Below, piece by piece: positions 46,859-55,366 of a stretch of 64,000 bases of DNA; the first letter of the stretch is position 1, and every line of letters begins with the position of its first letter. This stretch comes from Bacteroidales bacterium (GTDB lineage Bacteria; Bacteroidota; Bacteroidia; Bacteroidales; UBA3663): contig JAZRXZ010000021.1 in NCBI GenBank assembly GCA_045600445.1, positions 42,577 to 106,576 of the forward strand, in the 5' to 3' direction. The translations under genes were made by a program, and so were the position numbers. The notes beneath the pieces are model-generated. The model searched no databases and was not told where the DNA came from. It saw only the letters and a list, made by a program, of their open reading frames with translations.

Positions 46859-47153
46859 ATGCGATTAATTAATGTCTGTGGTGTAGTGGTGGACATAAAT
46901 CCTATTTTTCGAAACTTTTTCTCCACCGCTCAATAATTCCCGTCACCATCCGGACCCCCTCGGGAATTTTTGCATTTCCGCAGAAAAGTTAAAAAACATC
47001 TCCACCATCTCCACCATTTATCAGTGAGAAGGGTTTCCAATTCGGAACGCTAATTCTTAGCTTTTTCTTCCAACGACAAAAAACGATCAAAGTCGCTGAT
47101 ATACGTCTGATCCAGAATTCAAGGTTTGTCATAATATATTGCTAGCCTATAAA

Positions 47154-47576
47154 TTAATGCTGCTTCTCCGCATATTCCCTCAACTTCATCAAAAGTCCTA
47201 CGATGATGGAGATGATGAGGACGCCAGAGGTGTTGTAGATGAGGTCATCGACCTCGAAAGTGCCGGTACAAGTATAGTATTGAAGGACTTCTATCGAGAG
47301 AGAACAAAGGAAGCCGATCAGGGTGACGAGCAGGAAATGCCAACGGAGACAGGTGAGCAGGAAGCCGAGAGGCATGAGAAGGATAATATTCAGAATGACT
47401 TCTCTCAGGATATACTGGCCATGAGAGATATAGGGATACTGCTGGATGTCCTTGATGGTCTGGAATGGCACTAAGCAGATGCGTGGTTCTGACAATGGCT
47501 CACGACCGAAGACGGTATAATAATAGACGATGGCAAGGAAAAGAACCGTCAAAATCAGGATAAATTTCTTGAACAT
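47154..47576 (-). CDS. VanZ-like membrane protein
   Basis: 140-aa ORF with 4 TM segments. NIILLMPLGFLL and SIEVLQYY..GTFEVDDLIYNTSG are typical VanZ motifs. Confidence 0.7.
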   Translation of the reverse strand: MFKKFILILTVLFLAIVYYYTVFGREPLSEPRICLVPFQTIKDIQQYPYISHGQYILREVILNIILLMPLGFLLTCLRWHFLLVTLIGFLCSLSIEVLQYYTCTGTFEVDDLIYNTSGVLIISIIVGLLMKLREYAEKQH

Positions 47577-47581
47577 GGGGT

Positions 47582-48052
47582 CTATCGCATTTTCTGATTA
47601 GCACCACGTTTTTTGCGAAGCTCCTGACGCAAGAGGTTGTAGTACTCTGGTCCTGCTTTACTTTTCGTGCCCCCCACTGTAGTACCGAGTTTTCGCTGGA
47701 AGAAGCGCCAGAGTGAATCATCGCTGGCATATCCACAGGCATGAGCGACTTCAGTAAGGGTTGCATCTGGATGCTCCTGAGTGTACTGCTGCACCTGATT
47801 GATGCGATACTGCTGAATCACGTCAATCAGTTTCATTCCCAGATCGAGCTGGATGGCACACGCTAATCTGCGTGCGTCGACATCGAGATATTCTGCGATT
47901 TCCTTACTCTCGATCAGGTGCGTCTGAAAGAGTGCATGTGCCAACGCGTTAACGATCGGTGAGGCTGTGTAGGTTTCAGCATTACCTGGATTGTAGTCAA
48001 TAACCTGCTGAAAAGTAGCAACTGGAAGGTAAGGATGTTTTTCTTTTATCAT
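47582..48052 (-). CDS. AraC-type helix-turn-helix protein (DNA-binding domain only)
   Basis: 156-aa ORF. The HTH_18-like region is SKEIAEYLDVDARRLACAIQ...TLTEVAHACGYASDDSLWRFFQRKLG. It has no sensor or receiver domain. Confidence 0.7.
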   Translation of the reverse strand: MIKEKHPYLPVATFQQVIDYNPGNAETYTASPIVNALAHALFQTHLIESKEIAEYLDVDARRLACAIQLDLGMKLIDVIQQYRINQVQQYTQEHPDATLTEVAHACGYASDDSLWRFFQRKLGTTVGGTKSKAGPEYYNLLRQELRKKRGANQKMR

Positions 48053-48250
48053 AATCCTGACATTAGGTTTGTGATGTTAGTATTCTGTATTTGTGAAGCT
48101 GACATTACGTACGTGTTGTCAGCTTTCTGTATTCGTGAAGCTGACATTACGAACGTGTTGTCAGCTTTCTGCATCTGTGAAGCTGACATTACGTACGCGT
48201 TGTCAGCTTTTTGCATCCGCGAAGCTGACATTACGTTCGTGATGTCAGCA
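48053..48250. repeat. Tandem repeat array B: four 42-bp units, each with palindrome GCTGACA-N12-TGTCAGC, plus one degenerate unit
   Basis: Units start at 48095, 48137, 48179 and 48221. The 7-bp arms are identical in all four units while loops and linkers vary. Loops contain ACGTACGT, ACGAACGT or ACGTTCGT. The degenerate copy is at 48053-48094. The SDR stop codon (48231-48233) lies inside the last hairpin loop. The array abuts the AraC start codon at 48052. Confidence 0.9.
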
Positions 48251-49262
48251 TCCACGGGATAAGATGCTCAAAAATCATTTTCAGATCATGTTTCGGCTGC
48301 CATCCGAGCTCAGTGAGCTTGGCAGATGAGAGCCGGAGACGGGATTCGGGAGCATAACCTTGCGTGTCATCGGCTTCGACACGCACCTGGATGGCTGGTG
48401 CGAAGTTGTCACGAAGGTATTCGGCCATCTGACGAGCAGAAATGTAAGTTGACTCATTGGCTACATTATAAGCCTCAGCATCAGCGCCTCTCAGCAAGAT
48501 GGTCAAGATGGCATCAATGGCATCAAGCGTATAGCAATAAGGCCGGGCAGAAGTTCCACAGGTGTGCAGGACAATGTCTTCTCCCAATGCGCCCCTTCGC
48601 GCGAACTGGTTGATGACGCGGTTGTCATCGAATGCCACTCCTACCCCAGTGGTCTGCGTCAGTCGGGCAATCTTAGCCGGTACGCCATATTGATGTACAT
48701 AGAGGCAACAGAGATTCTCGGCAGCGAGCTTGGCCATCGGATAAGAGCTGCGAGGACTCAGCGGATCGGTCTTTCCCAGCATGTTTTCGGTCACTGCGAT
48801 GCTATCATCGGTGATCTGGCCATATACCTCCAATGAGGATAGGAACACGAAACCCTTAACCGGATGCTGGAGTGAGTAGCGAAGCAGTGCGTCAGTACTA
48901 TAATATATAAAGGTGGAGGTTTCGACGGCATGCTCCACGAAATAGCGGCTTCCCGTCGGGGCAGCGCAGTGGATGATATAGTCTACATTGCCCAAGGAGC
49001 TATAGTCAAAGGTGCAGAGATCGCACTCTACGAGTTCTATCCGCCTCAGTTCGGACTCATCGAACATCGACAAGGCCTTGCTCCTATTTCTGACTGGTGC
49101 GATGATGCGAATATCCTGATTCAGAGCCAACAGGCAATGCACAAGCATAGAACCGATAAGGCCTGTGACTCCTGTAATCAGGAAAGTGCGACCTGCCAAA
49201 TCGCTACCATGCTGAAATTGGCTTGCAAAGTCTTGTTTATCTTTCTGGAGAAGTGGATGCAT
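48231..49262 (-). CDS. NAD(P)-dependent extended SDR (sugar-nucleotide epimerase/dehydratase/reductase)
   Basis: 343-aa ORF with the Rossmann motif FLITGVTGLIGSMLV and the catalytic YPMAK (YxxxK). Confidence 0.8.
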   Translation of the reverse strand: MHPLLQKDKQDFASQFQHGSDLAGRTFLITGVTGLIGSMLVHCLLALNQDIRIIAPVRNRSKALSMFDESELRRIELVECDLCTFDYSSLGNVDYIIHCAAPTGSRYFVEHAVETSTFIYYSTDALLRYSLQHPVKGFVFLSSLEVYGQITDDSIAVTENMLGKTDPLSPRSSYPMAKLAAENLCCLYVHQYGVPAKIARLTQTTGVGVAFDDNRVINQFARRGALGEDIVLHTCGTSARPYCYTLDAIDAILTILLRGADAEAYNVANESTYISARQMAEYLRDNFAPAIQVRVEADDTQGYAPESRLRLSSAKLTELGWQPKHDLKMIFEHLIPWMLTSRT

Positions 49263-49273
49263 TTAAGGAAGAA

Positions 49274-50452
49274 TCAAATCTTTACACTAAACACGGATTC
49301 TATGACTGGAGCCATATCAAAATAGCGATACTCAGCTAGACGACCGCCAAATATGACATTCTCTTCTCTTTCTGCTAATACTCTATACTGATCAGCCAAA
49401 TCTGCATTTCGAGAATCATTCACAGGATAATAAGGTTCCATACCAGGCTTGTATTCTTCTGAATACTCTTCGCTGATCACCGTGGTCGGGTTTTCATAAA
49501 CCTCCTGTCCAAATTTCTCAAAATGTTTATGCTCAATGACACGGGTGAATGGGACTTCATGGCTTGTATAATTTACGACAGCATTGCCTTGGAAATTAGG
49601 AGTATTCTCTATTCGAGTCTTAAAACTGACGGTACGCCAATCTAAATGTCCCAGCTGATAGTCAAAGTATTCGTCAAGAGGACCTGTATAGACAAGTTGT
49701 TTTGCAACACTCTGCCAATGGTCTTTTAATCTAGAATCGGTCTTAATTGCCCAAGAATTATCTACTAAATGAATATTATTGCCGAAGAAATCGCAATTAG
49801 TGATACAGTCAATGCCATCAAGCAACCCCTCAATCAACTTATTATAGCCTCCGATAGGAACCCCTTGATATTTATCATTGAAATAGTTGTTATCGAATAC
49901 CAAGCGGACAGGTAAGCGATTGATAATGAATGCTGGCAAGTCCTTACACTCTCTACCCCATTGCTTTTCGGTATATTCCTTTATAAGTTTCTCAAAAATA
50001 TCTTTACCCACCAAGCATAAAGCTTGTTCTTCAAGGTTCTGAGGTTTCCTTCCTTCCAATCTGGCTATAGCTTCTGCCCTCTGCTCTTCAAGTCTCATTT
50101 CTGCCTCTTGGGGTGTAGTAACTCCCCAAAGTTGGTTGAATGTATTCATATTAAATGGCAGATTATACAGCTCGCCTTTATAATTTGCAATGGGACTATT
50201 GGTATATCTATTGAATGGAACGATTGAATTCACAAAATCCCATACGTCCTTATTTGATGTATGGAAAATATGTGCACCATACTTATGAACATTGATTCCC
50301 TCAAGTCTCTCGCAATAAACATTGCCTCCTAAATGAGGTCGCCTGTCTATCACAAGACACTTCTTTCCTAATTTAGTTGCCCTATAAGCAAAAGTTGCAC
50401 CAAAAAGGCCAGAACCGACAATCAAATAATCATACGACATGCTATTTGTCAT
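49274..50452 (-). CDS. glf: UDP-galactopyranose mutase
   Basis: 392-aa ORF with YDYLIVGSGLFGATFA, IDRRPHLGGNVY and HKYGAHIFHTSN, which is classic Glf. The start overlaps the upstream stop by 4 nt. Confidence 0.9.
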   Translation of the reverse strand: MTNSMSYDYLIVGSGLFGATFAYRATKLGKKCLVIDRRPHLGGNVYCERLEGINVHKYGAHIFHTSNKDVWDFVNSIVPFNRYTNSPIANYKGELYNLPFNMNTFNQLWGVTTPQEAEMRLEEQRAEAIARLEGRKPQNLEEQALCLVGKDIFEKLIKEYTEKQWGRECKDLPAFIINRLPVRLVFDNNYFNDKYQGVPIGGYNKLIEGLLDGIDCITNCDFFGNNIHLVDNSWAIKTDSRLKDHWQSVAKQLVYTGPLDEYFDYQLGHLDWRTVSFKTRIENTPNFQGNAVVNYTSHEVPFTRVIEHKHFEKFGQEVYENPTTVISEEYSEEYKPGMEPYYPVNDSRNADLADQYRVLAEREENVIFGGRLAEYRYFDMAPVIESVFSVKI

Positions 50453-51468
50453 GCTTTTCTTAACTTTGCTCTCAACTTTGATTGTATTGAATGAAGGTAC
50501 AAAACCAAAGGTGTCAAAACTGGAATATCTGCCCTCCAGAAAGATACAATCGGGAATGAGCGATACTTCAGAACAAGCCTGTCATCATTCTTTATCTCAG
50601 GATATAAAGATGTGATCTGCCTATCAAACGCTCTGAATTCTCTGTATGAATAATAATGGAAAATGAAGAACTCCTGATAAGCGTACTGTATCTGCTTTAA
50701 CAGAAGGTTATACAAACAAGTTTTTCTAATCTTTTCTCCCTCGTATTCTGACCAGATCTTACCCAATGATAACATCATTGCCGCTAATGAGCTGAATGAT
50801 TTACTCTTAGAAATGCGGCTTATCGTCTGATCCTCACGACCACGAAGATAGCAATAGAATGGTTGTGGAATAAAATACACTGATCTTATTGCGACCATTG
50901 GCTTAGCAACCCACTCGTTGTCAGAGTAGGAAATACCTTCCGTTTGACAATAATTTATATCTAAAAGTAAACTACGACGATAAGCGAAATGATGTATGAA
51001 AAAAGACTGGAATGAGGGAGCGAACTCTTCAAATGAAATTGTACATCTCTCTTTGACTGATATTCTCCATTCGGATGTTTTCTTATATTCAGGATCCACT
51101 ATCGTCATATAGTTCAATACAAGATCGACATCCAATGTTTCAAGTTCTTTCAAGTATTGCTCAAATGATGATGTATCGAAATAATCGTCAGCATCAAGGA
51201 CCTTTACATATTTTCCTTTGGCAAGGGGAAGAGCTGCATTTATACAACTTCCATAATTGCCATTTTTTTTGCAGATTATAGAAAAAAGACTTGGATACTG
51301 ATCGTGAAATCCCCGAGCTATCTGCAAACTTCCATCCGTTGCACCGTCAATGACAATCAATACCTCCAATTGCTCCAGTAAACTAGTATCTAAAACGATT
51401 AAACTAGAAAGACACTTATTGAGGTACCTTTCAACATTGTAGGTAGGGATAATTATTGATAAAAGCAT
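50449..51468 (-). CDS. Family 2 glycosyltransferase
   Basis: 339-aa ORF with LSIIIPTYNVERYL, VIDGATDGS and KVLDADDY. Confidence 0.8.
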   Translation of the reverse strand: MLLSIIIPTYNVERYLNKCLSSLIVLDTSLLEQLEVLIVIDGATDGSLQIARGFHDQYPSLFSIICKKNGNYGSCINAALPLAKGKYVKVLDADDYFDTSSFEQYLKELETLDVDLVLNYMTIVDPEYKKTSEWRISVKERCTISFEEFAPSFQSFFIHHFAYRRSLLLDINYCQTEGISYSDNEWVAKPMVAIRSVYFIPQPFYCYLRGREDQTISRISKSKSFSSLAAMMLSLGKIWSEYEGEKIRKTCLYNLLLKQIQYAYQEFFIFHYYSYREFRAFDRQITSLYPEIKNDDRLVLKYRSFPIVSFWRADIPVLTPLVLYLHSIQSKLRAKLRKA

Positions 51469-51489
51469 AATAGTTGTAGAAGAAATTAA

Positions 51490-52461
51490 TTAACTATTAT
51501 GAAAGACATTCCGATGAAACAAATTCGTGCGCAAATGAACATATACATTACATGACCATTCTATAAATCTATAAAACTTTCCAAATTGCTTTTTTAATCT
51601 GTCCGCTTTGCTAATTAGCAAGAACCCATCATAGTTAACCAATAACAGTTTTGGATTACGAACCAAATCATTAACTATGGGTGGTATCTCTCCCATATCC
51701 TTAATTGTCTGATAAATACTATGGTGGGACAGTGGATAAACATCATCTTCTCCAAGTTCCCAAAAATAATGAATAATCCGAGCTTCTGGAAAGAATTTTC
51801 TGCCGCCTTGGGTTTTTATCTGACAATTCCAAAGGTCATCGAAATGATCAATTACATGACCTTCCAATTTATTTGCCCAACATAATGCCGTCTGATCAGT
51901 ATCCACTCCACTTGCCTTGGTCTTAAGCCAACAGTCGAACCACCTTTTATATAAAGAGCGCGAACGTGGGGTATCTTTAACATACATTACCCCACTGTTG
52001 AAATAGGGTTCACCATTTATTTCGGATACCAGATCTGCCTTTTCCGCAAGGAGGTTCATCCATCTATCTGTAGTCATAAAGGATGATATTCTATTATATT
52101 CCCGGACAGCGCATATATCATTCTGTAATTGGTCAATGCTTTCTAAAGAATCACAAATGATAGTATCTGTATCTATAAATAGATAATCGCCAGTTATAAT
52201 ATTTCGCAATTGGGTTTTAAGATACCGACTTTTTTGTTTTTTTGAATAATCTATGGGTGTCTCAATGACTGTTACTTTGTCAAAATAGTTATAAAAGTAT
52301 CGTCTTTTGCCATTAAGTGTCTCAGCTGTTTCCGTATCAATTACAATCTCGATAAATACCCCAGGATTGTATAATCGTGCAGAATAAGCACTGACAACAG
52401 CCTGTTCTAAATACAGGCTTGTCTCGTCGGAAACTAATACATATACAATCTTAGTTTTCAT
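51490..52461 (-). CDS. GT8-like nucleotide-diphospho-sugar transferase
   Basis: 323-aa ORF. SRYLKTQLRNIITGDYLFIDTDTII resembles the GT8 R-L..ll...YlDxD motif. Confidence 0.5.
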   Translation of the reverse strand: MKTKIVYVLVSDETSLYLEQAVVSAYSARLYNPGVFIEIVIDTETAETLNGKRRYFYNYFDKVTVIETPIDYSKKQKSRYLKTQLRNIITGDYLFIDTDTIICDSLESIDQLQNDICAVREYNRISSFMTTDRWMNLLAEKADLVSEINGEPYFNSGVMYVKDTPRSRSLYKRWFDCWLKTKASGVDTDQTALCWANKLEGHVIDHFDDLWNCQIKTQGGRKFFPEARIIHYFWELGEDDVYPLSHHSIYQTIKDMGEIPPIVNDLVRNPKLLLVNYDGFLLISKADRLKKQFGKFYRFIEWSCNVYVHLRTNLFHRNVFHNS

Positions 52462-52466
52462 AGATT

Positions 52467-53204
52467 TCAGATGCCGAATGCGCGACGATCTTCGCGCATC
52501 TTGAGGATGGCACGGAAGATGAAGAAGTCGGTGGGGGTTGTGATCTTGATATTTTCGTAGGACCCGATGCAGGAATAGAGCTGATGTCCATAGCGATGCA
52601 TCAGGGTACAGGAATCGATGTAGTCATGACGACCTTCCTCTCGGGCCTGGGTATGTGCTACCAGAATCTCACTTAGACGGAAGGTCTGTGGAGCTCGGGC
52701 TATCAACGATTCGTCGCGCTCAGGGACAAATGGCTTTCCATCTTTCGGCTTGACGACGAAGGTTTCAGTAGCCGGGACACAGGTGATGCAGTTACCACAC
52801 TCATGCGCCTTCTGGATATTGGCAGTGATCGTCTCAGGATGTACTAAGGGACGAACGCCATCGTGAATCAGGACAAAAGCATCGGTAAGCTGCTCTGCCT
52901 CTGCATAATCGTGAGCAGCACAAAGGCCGTTATAGATACTATCCTGACCCGTTTCTCCACCAGGAACGATCGAGAAGACTTTCTTGAGACCGTATTTCTG
53001 TACCAGTCCTTTAAGGTAAGGAATCCAAAGCTCTACGCAAGCGATGCAGATGGCATCGATCATAGGGTGATGCTCAAAAATCTCGAGTGTATAGATAATA
53101 ACGGGTTTGCCATCAGCATTGAGAAACTGTTTCGGAGTGCCTGGGGTCTGCATTCTGGCTCCATAACCACCGGCGAAGATGACTGCGATGTTTTTCATAT
53201 TCAA
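52467..53204 (-). CDS. IspD/TarI-family cytidylyltransferase (CDP-polyol synthesis, e.g. CDP-ribitol)
   Basis: 245-aa ORF with IAVIFAGGYGARM..PKQFL, VPGGETGQDS, LIHDGVRP, APQTF and ENIKITTPTDF. Confidence 0.8.
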   Translation of the reverse strand: MNMKNIAVIFAGGYGARMQTPGTPKQFLNADGKPVIIYTLEIFEHHPMIDAICIACVELWIPYLKGLVQKYGLKKVFSIVPGGETGQDSIYNGLCAAHDYAEAEQLTDAFVLIHDGVRPLVHPETITANIQKAHECGNCITCVPATETFVVKPKDGKPFVPERDESLIARAPQTFRLSEILVAHTQAREEGRHDYIDSCTLMHRYGHQLYSCIGSYENIKITTPTDFFIFRAILKMREDRRAFGI

Positions 53205-53210
53205 ACGAAC

Positions 53211-54497
53211 TTAGTCTTCATAACTCTCTAAACCAATGATTCCCTCCGTATTGAGTATAATCGGACGGCCGTAAGCATTGAATTTTCCCATGGATGACAG
53301 GACGGCGCAATGCTCTGCGGCAAAATAATCGCGTGTCTGTGGCTGATAGAGGATCAGATCGACTACCAGGTCACCTTTGGCGAGATACGTCGGCAGAGCA
53401 ATTTTTCTGGAGATCTGGAAATCTCCTGTTGAGAAAGTCTCGAGGCGATCTTTGTAACGACCCTCCATATAAAGAGCGACGGGGGTTCCTGAAGGATTGC
53501 GGAAGATCATCTTGACGTCGCACTTCATTGGCACATCGGTATGGCCAGCAATGTGAAGATCAATGTATTTCTGGTCGGAGGTGATGGTGCTGTGCGATAA
53601 GGTCGTGCCATTGATGCTGATGTCACTGACTGATATATAAGACTGCTTGATGACGACAGTATCGATGATTTTTGAGCCTTCGGTGTTGTTGCTTTTTGTC
53701 AGATAGAAATCTACGGCATCTGCTGAGGTTCCTTCAAAAACCTTCTGGCCATTGGACAGTACGACACCCTTCTGGCAGAGGTTCCTCACCGTGGCCATAT
53801 TATGGCTCACAAACAATACGGTTCGGCCCTCTCCTTGTGCCACATCGTTCATCTTTCCGATCGCCTTCTTCTGAAACTCAGCATCGCCCACTGTGAGCAC
53901 CTCATCGACCACAAGGATCTCCGGCTCAAGAAAGGCGGCAACAGCAAAACCAAGGCGGACGGTCATGCCTGAGGAGTAGCGCTTGACAGGGGTGTCGATG
54001 TAACGTTCAACACCTGCGAAATCAACGATCTCATCAAGCTTGCGGGTGATTTCGGACTTGGTCATGCCCATGATGGAACCATTCATGTAGATATTCTCAC
54101 GGCCAGTCATCTCTGGGTGGAAGCCGGTGCCGACTTCGAGGAGGGAGGCAATGCGACCCTGATAATTGATGCTGCCGGTGGTTGGAGAGGTGATATTACT
54201 GAGAAGCTTCAGTAGGGTACTCTTTCCTGCTCCGTTCTTGCCGATGATGCCAAGGACCTCGCCTTGCTCCACCTTGAATGTGATGTCTCGCAGAGCCCAT
54301 ACATAGTCACTCTCGCCCTTGGTCGTACGGTCATTGGTCTGACCGATCTTGAGATAAGGGTCTTCCTTGCCGAGAACGGACATCTGCCACCAGCGGTTAA
54401 GGTCATGGCTGAGAGTGCCAGTACCAACTCGACCGAGGCGGTACATCTTACCGATGTTATTGAATTCGATGGCGATGCTTGACATAAAAGGATGCAA
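53211..54497 (-). CDS. wzt: Polysaccharide/teichoic-acid ABC exporter ATP-binding protein (Wzt/TagH type) with extra C-terminal domain
   Basis: 428-aa ORF with Walker A GKNGAGKST, signature YSSGM and Walker B ILVVDE. A ~180-aa C-terminal extension could be a glycan-binding domain. Confidence 0.85.
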   Translation of the reverse strand: MHPFMSSIAIEFNNIGKMYRLGRVGTGTLSHDLNRWWQMSVLGKEDPYLKIGQTNDRTTKGESDYVWALRDITFKVEQGEVLGIIGKNGAGKSTLLKLLSNITSPTTGSINYQGRIASLLEVGTGFHPEMTGRENIYMNGSIMGMTKSEITRKLDEIVDFAGVERYIDTPVKRYSSGMTVRLGFAVAAFLEPEILVVDEVLTVGDAEFQKKAIGKMNDVAQGEGRTVLFVSHNMATVRNLCQKGVVLSNGQKVFEGTSADAVDFYLTKSNNTEGSKIIDTVVIKQSYISVSDISINGTTLSHSTITSDQKYIDLHIAGHTDVPMKCDVKMIFRNPSGTPVALYMEGRYKDRLETFSTGDFQISRKIALPTYLAKGDLVVDLILYQPQTRDYFAAEHCAVLSSMGKFNAYGRPIILNTEGIIGLESYED

Positions 54498-54502
54498 TCG
54501 GC

Positions 54503-55342
54503 TTATACGGTGTCCATAAAATTACGCTCAGTACGCGAGAAGATCACCACGCTGAGGAATAGTGTAACGAGCATGAAGACGGTGCTGTAGAGAAGTCCTC
54601 CCCAGTCGAGGGAGCCACACGAAAGACAAGAATACTTGAAGGCCTCGAAGATAGGAGTCAACGGATTGAGTGCAATGATTTCACGATACTTCTCCGGAGC
54701 CACGCTCAATGGATAAATGACCGGAGTGGCGTACATGAACAGCTGGATGCCGAACTGAATGAGGAACTTGAGGTCACGATACTTGGTAGTAAGGCTCGAA
54801 ATGATCAGTCCCCAACTCATGGAATGGAATGCCAGAAGCAGGATGAGGAAGGGGAAAAGAAGGATACTGGCATTGATGCTGATGACACCGGCTGGAAGAG
54901 TGACGTAATAGTACACATACACCAGGACGAACAGCACAAGCTGAATGAGCATCTTAAGCAGATTGCTGGTAGCACCGCTCAAAGGGACGACCAGGCGAGG
55001 GAAATAGACTTTGCCAAAGACATTGGCGTTGGCCGTAAAAATGTCGCTACAGAGGGTGAAGGTCTCAGAGAAATAGTTCCACAGCAGGATACCAGCCATG
55101 TAGAACAAAGGTTGAGGTGCTCCATCGGTACTGATGCCAGCTAAGCCACCGAAAACAAACATATACATGATTGTGGTGAAGACAGGCTGGATGACGTACC
55201 AAAGCGGGCCGAGGATGGTCTGCTTATACTTGGTGACAATGTCGCGCTTGATATACATGACATAAAGGTCGCGGTAGCGCCACAGGCCTTTGATATCAAT
55301 GTCGAGGATACCTCGGCGTGGTGTGATTACGTGCTGCTGCAT
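54503..55342 (-). CDS. wzm: ABC-2 type polysaccharide exporter permease (Wzm/TagG type)
   Basis: 279-aa ORF with 6 TM segments. The N-terminus LWRYRDLYVMYIKRDIVTKYKQTILGPLWYVIQP is typical of ABC2_membrane proteins. Confidence 0.85.
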   Translation of the reverse strand: MQQHVITPRRGILDIDIKGLWRYRDLYVMYIKRDIVTKYKQTILGPLWYVIQPVFTTIMYMFVFGGLAGISTDGAPQPLFYMAGILLWNYFSETFTLCSDIFTANANVFGKVYFPRLVVPLSGATSNLLKMLIQLVLFVLVYVYYYVTLPAGVISINASILLFPFLILLLAFHSMSWGLIISSLTTKYRDLKFLIQFGIQLFMYATPVIYPLSVAPEKYREIIALNPLTPIFEAFKYSCLSCGSLDWGGLLYSTVFMLVTLFLSVVIFSRTERNFMDTV

Positions 55343-55366
55343 ATAAAACTAGATAGTGACCAGGAG

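Noticed and set aside
46875-46900. GGTGTAGTGGTGGAC segment considered as a tRNA fragment
   Set aside because: No acceptor stem, anticodon arm or T-loop (GTTCGAATC-like) could be built around it on either strand.
47139-47474. Plus-strand ORF of 111 aa opposite the VanZ-like gene
   Set aside because: The minus-strand product has clear VanZ motifs and four TM segments. The plus-strand product is a charged low-complexity peptide.
48053-48250. Tandem array B considered as a CRISPR array or as a coding repeat
   Set aside because: There are no spacers. The whole 42-bp unit repeats, and the array overlaps only the last seven codons of the SDR gene.
48035-48262. ORFs 48035..48262 (+) and 48049..48255 (-) across array B
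   Set aside because: This is the same artefact, a 14-aa peptide repeated because the period is divisible by three. They also overlap the ends of two good genes.
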